Shown one piece after another: positions 12,443-24,904 of a stretch of 64,000 nt of DNA. Each line of letters begins with the position of its first letter. Positions within the stretch are counted from its first letter, which is position 1. The stretch comes from Octopus sinensis (Eukaryota): positions 14,086,464 to 14,150,463 of the forward strand of contig NC_043011.1 in the NCBI RefSeq assembly GCF_006345805.1, read 5' to 3'. The notes below the pieces were generated by a model. The model was not told the origin of the DNA. It saw nothing but the letters and a program-made list of their open reading frames with translations, and did no database searches. A program made the translations under genes and the position numbers.

Positions 12443-14873
12443 CCACAAGGTATTTATTTTGTCCAATACTCTAATAATTTTGCCAATAATTGTTTCTAAT
12501 ATAAAACACACCTATTGACCTATCAGGATTGGAACTCGGTGTGAAGATAGCCTGAACAAATATCCAACACTACAACAACTTAGTCAGTTTTAACATTAAT
12601 AATGTGACTATGTTATCTTTTATCCTTTACTTGTTTCAGTCATTAGACTGTGGCCATGCTGGGGCACTGCCTTGAAGATCTTTTAGTTGAATGTATCAAC
12701 ACCAGTACTTATTTTTTTTAAGGCCTGGTACTTATTCTATCGGTCTCTTTTTGCTATGGTGTATCATAGCTTCATCATTGTGAAACCTGCTTTTGTTGGG
12801 CATTCACATTAGCTTTATAACCACAATAAATGTCTTTCTTTAGGCTGAATTACATTTTCTTTAATACCACTTCCTCATTCATGGCCCAACAAATGAAGCC
12901 TGTGAAAATTTTACAAGTGAGGCAAAAGTAACAAACGTGTATATTATTGGACACGTCATCCTTGATTTTGAAACTATGCAGAGTGAGCTTAGTATAACTC
13001 ACCACTACAGCTGAGTAACATTCATACTAATAAGAGACAGCATAACGAACAAAGCTGGTTTTCTAATTAAATATTGAGATACTGTGTCTCTCTCTATATA
13101 TACTCTTTTTACTTGTTTCAGTCATTTGACTGTGGCCATGCTGGAGCACCGCCTTTTAGTCGAGCAAATCGACCCCGGGACTTATTCTTTGTAAGCCCAG
13201 TACTTATTCTATCGGTCTCTTTTGCCGAACCGCTAAGTGACGGGGACATAAACACACCAGCATTGGTTGTCAAGCAATGATAGGGGGACAAACACAGACA
13301 CATAAACATACACGCACACACACATATATATATACATATATACGATGGGCTTCTTTCAGTTTCCATCTACCAAATCCACTCACAAGGCTTTGGTCGGCCC
13401 GAGGCTATAGAAGAAGACATTTGCCCAAGATGCCACCAGTGGGACTGAACCCGGAACCGTGTGGTTGGTAAGCAAGCTACTTACCACAGCCACTCCTGCG
13501 CCTATCTTTTATCTTTTTCTTGTTTCAAGTCATTAGACTGCAGCCATACTGGGGCACCACTTTGAAGAATTTTAGTTGAATGAAGCAATCCCCATACTTT
13601 TTTTTGAAAGCCTGGTTCTTATTCTGTTGATCTCTTTTGCCAAACCACTAAATTATGGGGTAGGGGATAAATACAGACACAAAGACACACAAACATACAT
13701 ACATACAAATATATATCATCACCGTTTAACGTCCGCTTTCTATGGGTTGGACGATTTGACTGAGGACTGGCGAACAAGATGGATGCACCAGGCTCCAATC
13801 TTGATCTGGCAGAGTTTCTACAGCTGGATGCCCTTCTTAATGTCAACCACTCCGAGAGTGTAGTGGGTGCTTTTACGTGTCACTGGCATGAGGGTCAGTC
13901 AGGCGGTACTGGCAACGCAGACACTCAAATGGTGTTTTTTTACGTGCCACCTGCACAGGAGCCAGTCCTGTGGCACTGGCAACGACCTTGCTTGAATGTT
14001 TTTTCACGCTCGAATGGTGCCTGTTACGTACCACCAACACGGAAGCCAGTTAGCTGCTCTGGCAACGATCACACTCGGATGGTGCTCTTAGCGGTCCACT
14101 AGTATGGATGCCAGTCATTGAATTTGATTTCGATTTCAAGTGCCTCAACAGGTCTTCGCAAGCAGAGTTTAGTGTCCAATGAAAGAAAAGTACACCTAAG
14201 TGGGCTGGTTACACCACTGGCATGAGCCACGAGGTTATGGTCTCATATATATATATATATGTATATATATATACATATGTGGAGGCGCAATGGCCCAGTG
14301 GTTAGGGCAGTGGACTAGCGGTTTCGATTCCCAGACCGGCCGTTGTGAGTGTTTATTGAGCAAAAACACCTAAAAAAGCTCCACGAGGCTCCGGCAGGGT
14401 GTGGTGATCCCTGCTGTACTCTTTCACCACTCTTTCTTCTGTTGGCCCGCTCGCTTAGCCAGCGGGGTGGCGTCATTCGAAAGCTAAAACAATGCGAACG
14501 CATTGTGACCAGCGATGGGTAACTACATTTAATGGACTGGTCGGTCACGTGATCTATACATATATGACAGGCGTCTTTCAGTTTCTGTCTACCAAATCCA
14601 TTCACACAAGGCTGTAAGTAGAAGACACTAGTCCAATGTGTCATGCAGTAAGACTGAATTCAGTACCATGTGATTGGGAAGCAAGCTTCTTACCACACAG
14701 CCACACCTGTGCCTAGCTGTACAAAAGAAAACAAAATGATTAGCCCTCACATGTAAGCGAATGTGACCTGGTAGCTTGTACAATGGTTTCATTAGTTGTA
14801 TTGGGTGCCTATGCAGAAGTGAATCTTCTCGGCTCTCCCACTCTTGACCCAATGGAATATTGAGGATGTGTGA

Positions 14874-14923
<50 letters not shown>

Positions 14924-15388
14924 AGTTGGCTGAGCAGACTGGAGCAAAGTGAAATGAAGTGCTTTATTCAAAGGCACAACGTGTTGCCTGGTGCAAGAAT
15001 CGAACCCACAACCTAACTACAAAGCCATGTGTGTGCGCGCGAGAGAGAGAGAGAGCCAGTTATTGCTCACTTCACACACACACATAAAGTACCGGGTTTG
15101 ATTCCACTTCAAGCTGGGTACGTGTGTCTTTCAGCACAATCACGTGAGAGAAAAGATTGGGTGGACTGCAATAGTAATTCAAATGTCTTGCATTGTTAAA
15201 CTGAGTCACAGAGATTCTATTTGAAAATTACATTAAAAGTACAAGTGCCTGTGAAAAACTCATTTCTCCACCAATTCAACAAGCAGATACTTCAGTTAAT
15301 CAAACGTACATTGTTCTCAACAAGAGAGACCATCATCATCATCATCATCATGTATGTACGTATTTCTATGAGAGGAGAAGTCGTTTAG

Positions 15389-15804
15389 GGATCTTTTCGG
15401 TTTGAACGGCAGTTTTTTCTAGCGGTGTCATATGAAATTGTCACCCATAATTATGACCCTAGTATCGATCTATTGCATTTCAATCTATTTTAGGGTTAGG
15501 GTTAGTTAGGGGTGGGGAGAAGGGTATCTTTTTTTTCTTCACAAATGTAAATAAACCCAAGCTGTTTCTTAAACGAGGGACATATTCATACGGCACAGAA
15601 TGTTTTTTTTACCTCAGTACCTGGTTGAGATTGCAGAAATTGAAGAAAAAAAAACAACAAATATCTTACAAACTATAGAATCTTCTCAATAAAGCCAAGA
15701 GAAAAAGATGTTTTATAAACACATTCTACTAGTATACGAGGTTTATAATTTTTTTAGTTACCTAGAAATTATGTTAAAAACTGCCGTTCAAACCGAAAAG
15801 ACCC
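15389..15804. mobile_element. About 420-bp MITE (GGATC...GATCC TIRs) with 9-bp TSD gtcgtttag
   Basis: About 28-bp TIRs GGATCTTTTCGGTTTGAACGGCAGTTTTT. TSD at 15380-15388 and 15805-15813. Internal TTAGGG motifs. Confidence 0.9.
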
Positions 15805-16869
15805 GTCGTTTAGCTCCCAAAGTCAGGACATCAGATCTGATGATGGGGTATAATAATCTGAAGGAATTTGGGCCAATATTTCTTGTAGATTGTGCGACCA
15901 CTCAAGTTTATATATAACATTACAGATGAGCACCATTTCTATAAATGTGTGTAACTGCAATAAACATCTGTTATAAAATGTAGGTGGGTATAAAAACACC
16001 TTTTTTTTTTTATAAACTTACGTGATTAATTACAGAACACCATACACTCATACAAAGCACAAAACAACTGTTGTAGCTCTATTTCCCACCCACCGGCTGC
16101 CACTCTCAAGTGAGTTAAGTAGGCTCCCCCCACGACCACCACCACCACCGCCGCAACCAAACCACCATCACCTCTTCGCTTTATTTCAGTTTCGACTGTG
16201 GATGTGTCATGCAAGCCGAGTTCACTGTGATAATAGTTGGCGGAATTGTTGATGTTTTAAATAATCAAATGAAAGCTATGAGAAATGTGGCGAAGGGTGA
16301 TGGACAAGTAAGAGGGGGGTGGTGGTGTGCGTTAATTGTGTTGTTTAAAGCGAGGTATTGTCATTGTATAGCAGGTTTTTTTTCTTTTTTTTTTTCTCGG
16401 GCAAAGAGCTGGGAGACAAGTTTGGAGGAAAATTACACAATGAAAAAGCTTAGCAGATGGAGAAAAAAATCTCATTCAGACACGAAAGGAAAAGCAGATC
16501 TAACTTAGATTAAGGGTTTCAACTGAGAATTTATAAAGGCTTGTAGATGTGTGTGTGTTGCGTAGTTCATTAAGAGAAGGGAAAATGTAAACTGAGTGGA
16601 AATGTTTTTGAATGTGTATATAATGTGTAGTAGAAAATATACATTAAATCGACGCAGAAAACTAACTTTGATATCAATAAATAGAAAGAATTACAACTGA
16701 ATAAAGGCTGTGCAAATGCATACAGACATAGTTTTATTTATATAAGTTCAGTAAAATTTAGATTCAGTTGAATATGGTACTTAAGTTAAAAGCACCAGAA
16801 TTTAGTATAAATCAAAATTGTAATATGATTACAATCAAAATAAGCAACAAGGATATCCTTGTTGCTTAT

Positions 16870-16895
16870 TTTGATATATATATATATATACACAC

Positions 16896-16928
<33 letters not shown>

Positions 16929-17018
16929 TATATACACACACACACACACACTATATACACACACACACATATATATATACACACACACACATATATATAC
17001 ACACACACACATATATAT

Positions 17019-17089
<71 letters not shown>

Positions 17090-17100
17090 TATATATATAT

Positions 17101-17187
<87 letters not shown>

Positions 17188-17200
17188 TATATATATACAC
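16870..17200. repeat. (TA)n/(CA)n microsatellite. Similar tracts at about 17950-18040, 21240-21447, 23890-24170, 31380-31560, 50810-50888, 51490-51730 and 52010-52326
   Basis: Direct reading. Confidence 0.95.
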
Positions 17201-17951
17201 GTGTGTGTATGTTGGAAGAGAGATAGGAGAGTGTTGTTAAATGAAACATTCGTAAATACAGAATATTGCAAATATTAGAAGCATTTGAAACATACACACA
17301 CTAAAACAAAGCAAGAGTATTTAGTGTTACAATGAATTTTTCAAACACACACACATATATATATATGCATATGTATATATATATATAATGCACACGCATA
17401 AAATTTCGACATTTTCTGATGAGACAAGGAAATGTTGTCAAGGAAGTTAATTCAATATCTATGCGGATTGTGGGTCGCACTAAAAAACACAGAAATAGCA
17501 GCTATGTGACATCAGTCAAAATATTACTAAATTTCGTTGTTGACCCGCATTCCTAACAGGTTGAATGACTGCGTATAAGTTCCCTCGGGGGTCTGGTGGT
17601 TACTAGGTTGTTGGCATGTTTAGCCCTAGGTCAGCTCTGACTTTGTAGCCCCCCGAATATCTTGCCTTTGTCAATCATATAAAAAAAATATAATTAGCTA
17701 ATCTTTCCTTTCGCTATCTAAGGTGCTCGCGTGCAATCGAGGGGGAGATTTGGCCGTTATTTCTAGCAAGTTGGTCAACAACGTAGAGGTTTCTGGTTGG
17801 TTCGTACAATACTGAAGCGGAACTTCGGGAAAAACCAAACACATTTAATTAGTATAGCTATAAAGTATAAAACAGATCGTGCACGGAGAATAAAGGGAGT
17901 GTGTATGTATATACATATAGGCTTATATATCTATATATGTGTCTGTGTAGG

Positions 17952-18030
<79 letters not shown>

Positions 18031-19699
18031 GTATGTATATTACAATAACGATCAGATCAAAACCAGTGGCAGAAAGCGGGCAGATTAAAGCTATGCTATT
18101 TTTTTACTAAGAAGAAACAGGCCTGTCCAGTTTGCGTAGGCCGTGGCCATCCTGTCTTTTAGAAGTACATCGGACCATATTATCAAATGTGTTCTTCTTT
18201 TATTTACACACGATAAATAAGGTATAGACAGAAGGAGATTTCGGCAGCCATTTCTACCAGCCCGAACGATTTTATACAGGGGCCACCCCGCTGATTAAAG
18301 AAAACCCAGATATTTTAGAATCGTGACTGTATAATAATACGCAAGAAGTACAAAGAGACATTAATCTCATCAACACGATTAAATAATGAAGAAATAAATT
18401 AACCAACAAGGTAGCCTTTACGTGATCGATCAACCTGCTGAAAATAGCATCCAAATCTTCCAGTAACTTAAACATGGATACCCCTAATGCCGATCTTTGG
18501 CCCTTATAATGACGAGGGTGTCACAGATGGAAAAGACGTTCACTGTTAGGGTTGATCTGTTGTTCAAAACAACGAATAAACAAAACGTGATATTTATAAA
18601 TATATATTTGCATGTTGTCTAAGTGCGAGAAGGAGAATGAACGAATGACATCATGAAAATAAATAGGATTACATCACGTAAAGATATTTTCTCTTGACAC
18701 ATACAATGGTCAGGAAATTACCAAGAACTGCATATATATATATATATATATATATTATGCCATTAATGTTTTTTTCTGCTCCGTTTCTGGTGATCGTCCG
18801 TTCAACAGTTTGAGAAAATGTGGAGAGAACAGGCCCAGGATGTAAACAACCAGTGATATAAGATTGTGGACAAGATATTTCAAAAAATCCAAAGACGAGA
18901 ATGGTTCGGTTATAAACAGCAAAAATAAACAGTGATCCAATTAATTGCTGGATCTCATCAGTATATCTTTGAAGATCACGAAAAGGAAGCCAGATTGTGG
19001 TAATCTAAAACGATGTATCGCTGCGCTGCAGGCGGGGGTGAAAGAAATATATATAAATATGTTTATAAATCTCCATGTTTGAAATATAAACACGAGTCAA
19101 AAGAAAAAAAGAAGAAGAAGAAAAAAGACTCTTACTTGGGGTTGACTTTTTTCAAAGACTCTATTTGCTTGTTTTTCTGAGCTTGAAGATTGGTGGTAGA
19201 AACGGCTTTAGTTTTACCCCCCAGTAACCAGTTCATGTTTGTAATATTAAAGCCAGCAGCAGTGATAACAAAACTGTTGACAGGATCGCTTTTACATTGG
19301 AACCTGACTCGCGATATTTCACTTTCCCATGCTACAATGATATCGTCATCAGATTCTGTGTACTACGTCATCAGTCAATATACACAACTTTTGTGACTCA
19401 TTTAGCTTACTTTTTTCCTTTCTCTTTCATTCAAAGGGAGAAAACTTTCAAAAACTTTTACTTTGCTGATTTAATTTAATTAAACTTCCGCATTTTTTCG
19501 GTTTGAACGGCAGTTTTTAACACAATTTCTAGGTGACTAAAAAATTTTAAACTTCGTATACTGGTAGAATGTGTTTATAAAACATCTTTTTCTCTTGGCT
19601 TTATTGAGAAAATTCTAAATTGTTTGTTTTTGATTTTGTTAATTACACAGTATACTAGGGTCAGTTGAGCACCATCTGTGCGAAAAACAGTACCATGAC

Positions 19700-19970
19700 A
19701 CAATTTACTTTGCCAGAAATTTGGAAATGAGATGCCTTACTGGTTGGCATTCGTGCCGGACGCTCCAATAAAAACAGATGGTGAATGCACAGAACCACTG
19801 ACTTGCCATGTCCCCAAAATATGTACCGAGAGTGATAAAAATCAAACATCCAGCCAACATCATGGTGTTTGGAGTGATCACTAGCAATGGCAATGTTATG
19901 CTTCCATTCATATTCCCACATGGTCTCAGACTGAACACAGAGGCTTACATCAAATGCCTGGAGGAGGTAT
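19700..19970 (+). mobile_element. Tc1/mariner transposase remnant (DDE region)
   Basis: Reads QMVNAQNH*LAMSPKYVPRVIKIKHPANIMVFGVITSNGNVMLPFIFPHGLRLNTEAYIKCLEEV, resembling the KHPxxVMVWG motif of Tc1/mariner-group transposases. Confidence 0.75.
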
Positions 19971-20253
19971 ATATATCGTTTTTAGAAAAACATAAATCCA
20001 GCGAAGCACACTCTAAGAAGTAGAGTGGTCTATATTTTTCCTGGTGAATGCCAATTTATGGGGTTATCCTGGGTTTCCTGTCCATAAAGGGTTTAATTTT
20101 ATAGCATATCGTCAGACTCCAAAACCTGATGACCTATGACCTCTTTAAAATATGGAAGGGAAAGTCTGAATTATCTCCTTTCGCCAATAGCTTCCAACCA
20201 TAATGCCATCATTCAGCTGAGGGTAAATAATAGGGGATTATCTCCCTCTCCTG

Positions 20254-20601
20254 TTAGCTATCACCTTCTAGCAGTTCCCAAAAGACCAGTAGAAATCTCC
20301 TAAAGTGCAAACATGGCCCAAGAATCTCCATTCTGGAGTTAAGTATAGCCCCTGGTTCGAATGAGTCCCTTAGGATTCCCATGCATTCAGCTATGCATAG
20401 CTTGCAGCGTTTCATCCCATTTATGTAGAGGTCTGAGTTTTTGAGGATTTTCCATAAGATGGAGTGTGGAACTCTTTCGTCTTCTAGTTGCCATATGTGG
20501 CTGGCCAGCGATGTTATGTATCTCCTTTCCAGGACTTTGAAGGATCCATGGTTGAGAAAATGAATTTCTGGTCCAACAAATATATTTCTGTAGACTTGCA
20601 A
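20254..20601 (-). mobile_element. Penelope-like element C-terminal (GIY-YIG-associated) fragment
   Basis: Encodes TSLASHIWQLED...ILWKILK...KRCKLCIAE...LNSRMEILGPCLHFRRFLL, matching the PLE C-terminal CxxC...CxH signature. Confidence 0.75.
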
Positions 20602-21241
20602 TGTCGGTGTTGTACCTATTATTGTTGTTCACGCCACTGTAGCTGCTGTTGATGTAGTTGTAACTGCTGTTGCTGTTGCTATGTCAAAGCAAGGGCTGCT
20701 GGTGTTAGTGGTGGTGGTTGCATCGGTAATGTTACTGCCCCTGCATATGTTACCAGCAAAGCACTTCTTTATGTTGTTACTAATGCTGCCAATGTTGTTG
20801 CTGCCATACATACACACATATATATACACACACCTGTGGGTGTATGTGTGTGTGTATTCTCTTTCTCTGTTTACTTGTTTCAGTCATTTGACTGCGGCCA
20901 TGCTGGAGCACCGCCTTTAATCGAGCAACTCGACACCAGGACTTATTCTTTGTAAGCCCAGTACTTATTCTATCAGTCTCTTTTGCCGAACCGCTAAGTG
21001 ACGGGTACATAAACACACCAGCATCGGTTGCCAAGCAATGCCAGGGGGACAAACACAAACATACACTCACGTACATATATCCGATGGGCTTCTTTCAGTT
21101 TCCATCTACCAAATCCACTCACAAGGCTTTGGTCGGCCCGAGGCTATAGCACTGCGTTGCCCGAGGTGCCACGCAGTGGGACTGAACCCGGAACCATGTG
21201 GTTGGTAAGCAAGCTACTTACCACTCAGCCACTCCTGCGCC

Positions 21242-21284
<43 letters not shown>

Positions 21285-21415
21285 ACCCTATATATATGTG
21301 TGTGAGCATGTACATGTTGGATATATATATATATCTTATATAAATACATGTATAGGTATGTATATAATCTATAAATATATATGTATATATATAATATATA
21401 ATTATATATATATAC

Positions 21416-21446
<31 letters not shown>

Positions 21447-22618
21447 ACGGGAAGCTTTATGAAAATAGACAAAAGACGAAGGCAGGTTTACGGAAATAAG
21501 CAAAAGACGAAGGCAGGTGGAATACAAACAAACAATTGTATTAGTATGGCGCTCAGGTATATAAATAAAACAAGTCTTTAACGTTTCGAGCCTACGCTCT
21601 TCAACAGAAAGATACACAGAGAAAAAACACAGAAAGAAGGAGAGAAAAAAAATGCGTGCAGAGGCTAGCGAATCAACATGGCGATCTGATTTGCCAGTTT
21701 AGCCAATAAAAACACACACACTATATATTTGGTGTTATTTTGCTTCAGTGTTATTTATTTTTTACATTAATCTTAATCTTATTTCGGCCAGAGTTCTTTT
21801 GTCACACTCCTGTGACCGCATCAGTGGTCCTTTGTTTTCTTCTTTCTTATTTGTGTTTCTCCCTACTAACCGTCAGCCATTTTGTATTTCTATTGTATGT
21901 CTTCATTTGCGCATGCTTATATCTCTATGTGCGTCTATGTTTATTTAGTGTGTGTATGTGTGGGGATGCCTGTAATATTTGTATCTTCTGTTTATATACG
22001 TTCATGTAATTTGTATTTTGTTTTTGTTGTTGTTTTTGTTTATTCTTATTTTGTTCATGTGTTTACATCCACTTATTATTATCATTACATATGCTTGTAT
22101 GTATGTGTGTATGTATAACAACGATACTAGTAATAATAATAATAAATCGAATCGATAAAAAAATACAATATATATATATATATCTTAATCTTATTTCGGC
22201 CAGAGTTCTTTCACTTAGGCGCAGGAGTGGCTGTGTGGTAAGTAGCTTGCTAACCAACCACATGGTTCCGGGTTCAGTCCCACTGCATGGCACCTTGGGC
22301 AAATGTCTTCTAATATAGCCCCAGGCCGACCAATGCCTTGCGAGTGGATTTGGTAGACGGAAGCTGAAAGAAGCCTGTCGTATATATATGTATATATATA
22401 TATGTGTGTGTGTGTATGTGTTTGTGTGTCTGTGTTTGTCCCCCTGGCATTGCTTGACAACCGATGCTAGTGTGTTTGCATTCCCGTCATTTAGCGGTTT
22501 GGCAAAGGAGACTGAGAGAATAAGTACTGGACTTACAAAGATTTGCTCGACTAAAGGCGGTGCTCCAGCATGGCCGCAGTCAAATGACTGAAACAAGTAA
22601 AAGAGTAAAGAGTAATAT

Positions 22619-22656
<38 letters not shown>

Positions 22657-23099
22657 AGTGAGAAAGTTGGTATGTGAAAGCATGTGGTTGAATATATAGA
22701 AAATAGTAAAAAGTGAAAAAACTACAGAAGGCTTGTTTTAGAAGGTTAAAAAATATATATTTGAGTCATTATGTCTGAAGAATGTTATAAATTTTTTTCC
22801 TACAATGACATAGTTTTTGAAGAAAGACTGGTTTCGCGTTCAGCTTTTCAAATTTCTTACATCGTTATGTTTACGTTAAGAAGTGTGAAGGAGAGTGAAA
22901 GAGAGTTCCAGGTAAGGGGATGTAATAAGTGATTTCTTCCGGTGTAAGGGAGATAATCGCTTAATATTTCTTGCTTTTCTTTTGGAGTGAGTTTCTCTGT
23001 ATAAGAATGTTGGAATGGTTAAGTTTGGGCTTGTATTTTTCAATGAAGAATGTTTCCTTGTTTAGTCTAATTTGTGTTGGTGTTTCGATAGCACATTGG

Positions 23100-23880
23100 T
23101 AAAATGGAAAGATTAAAAATTGTGGGTGTGCTGAAAGTGTAACGGCTAGAGTAAGAATAGCCTGGGCAAAGTTTAGGGAGCTCTTACCTCAGCTGGTGAC
23201 TAAAGGCCTCTCGCTCAGAGTAAAAGGCAGACTGTATGATGCATGTGTACGAACAGCCATGCTACATGGCAGTGAAACATGGGCCGTGACTGCTGAGGAC
23301 ATGCGTAAGCTCGTGAGAAATGAAGCCAGTATGCTCCGATGGATGTGTAATGTCAGTGTGCATGCTCGACAGAGCGTTAGTACCCTGAGAGAAATGTTGG
23401 ACTTATGGAGCATCAGTTGTGGTGTGCAAGAGAGACGATTGCGCTGGTATGGTCATGTGGCAAGAATAGATGAAGATAGGTGTGTGAAATAGTGCCAATC
23501 CCTAGCAGTGGAGGGAACCCGTGGAAGAGGTAGACCCAGGAAAACTTGGGACGAGGTGGTGAAGCACGACCTTCGAACTTTAAGCACCATCCAAATCGTG
23601 GCCGAAGCCAGTGCCGCCTCGACTGGCTTCCGTGCAGGTGGCACGTAAAATGCACCAATCCGACCGTGGCCGATGCCAGCCTCGCCTGACTCCAGTGCAG
23701 GTGGCACGTAAAAAGCACCCACTACACTCACGGAGTGGTTGGCATTAGGAAGGGCATCCAGCTGTAGAAACATTGCCAGATAAGACGGGAGCCTGGGGCA
23801 GCCTTCTGGCTTCCCAGATCCCCGGTCGAACCGTCCAACCCATGCTAGCATGGAGAATGGACGTTAAACGATGATGATGA
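23100..23880 (+). mobile_element. RTE-clade LINE 3' fragment with (GAT)n tail
   Basis: Encodes LYDACVRTAMLHGSETWAV...LRWYGHVAR, then a GRPRKTW-type motif, followed by the common 3'UTR ending catgctagcatggagaatggacgttaaacgatgatgat. Confidence 0.85.
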
Positions 23881-23953
23881 TGATGATGATATATAACATA
23901 TCATATATATATATATTATATACATATCATATATATAATATAATACATATCAT

Positions 23954-23994
<41 letters not shown>

Positions 23995-24017
23995 CAATAT
24001 ATATATATATATTATGT

Positions 24018-24070
<53 letters not shown>

Positions 24071-24174
24071 ATATATATATATATATATTATATATATATA
24101 TATATTTTATATATATTATATAATATATATATATATATATATAATCATATATATATATATCATATATATATAGC

Positions 24175-24440
24175 AACTTTGACTATTGCTCTCAGCTATG
24201 GTCACCATCCAGTGTCAAGTTGATCACAGAACTTGAGGCGATCCAACGAAGCTACACAAAAAAGATAGCCCTTGTACAGCATATAAGCTACTGGGAAAGA
24301 TTCAAGAGATTAAAACTCTATTCCTTGGAGCGTAGGCGAAAAATATATGCCATAATACACATCTGGAAGATCCTGGAAGGACTTGTCCCAAACTTTGGCA
24401 TCGAGAGTTACACAAATGCCAGAACTGGGCACCACTGATG
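24175..24440 (+). mobile_element. CR1/L2-like LINE fragment, same family as 860-1247
   Basis: Encodes LEAIQRSYTKKI...SYWERFKRLKLYSLERRR. It overlaps the 860-1247 copy in VPNFGIxSYTNxRTGHH. Confidence 0.75.
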
Positions 24441-24904
24441 TAGGACAAGATACTGTGACATTTACTTCTCCTGTATGTGTGTATTTTTATAAGAGAATAT
24501 CATGTAATAATTGAAGTAGAAGAAAGATTAATATCATACATGAACTTGTGTTTGTTTATGATAGCTAAGGCGGTGATAGACAGCTAATGCTTGCATGAAT
24601 GCGATGCGATCTCTGCCCAGTATGCCGAAGTGAAGAATGCATTAAGTAAATAAAAAGCAAGCGATTATTAGAGAGCAATAGCCGCCTTAGCCGCATGCAT
24701 AAACGCGATGCGTCCGTGTGATATATACACTAACGGACACACACTCACGAGCGATATCGCCGCCGAGATGACAGCTTTTCGATCGATCGCATCACCGGCC
24801 GCCAAGTCTTTGCTCGCTCCAAACGCTATTGCTCTCTACTACAAATCGCTTGCCTGCATCCAACTTTATTACTAATATAATCATCGTCGTCGTCGTTGTC
24901 ATTA

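Noticed and set aside
16189-16306. Possible plus-strand exon (ttatttcag...gga caa|gtaaga), and similar AG/GT pairs near 36830-36930 and 40133-40161
   Set aside because: The peptides are unrecognisable and their phases cannot be joined consistently. Such matches are expected by chance in 64 kb.
16768-17297. Many YI/HT/CV-repeat ORFs (also near 17800-18100, 21200-21470, 23870-24220 and 51360-52500)
   Set aside because: They are translations of (TA)n/(CA)n microsatellites and not genes.
20110-20170. Hammerhead-like CTGATGA...GAAAGTCTGA next to the Penelope fragment
   Set aside because: Stem III can be drawn (tcagac/gtctga) but stem I cannot pair, stem II is weak, and it is on the opposite strand to the PLE ORF.
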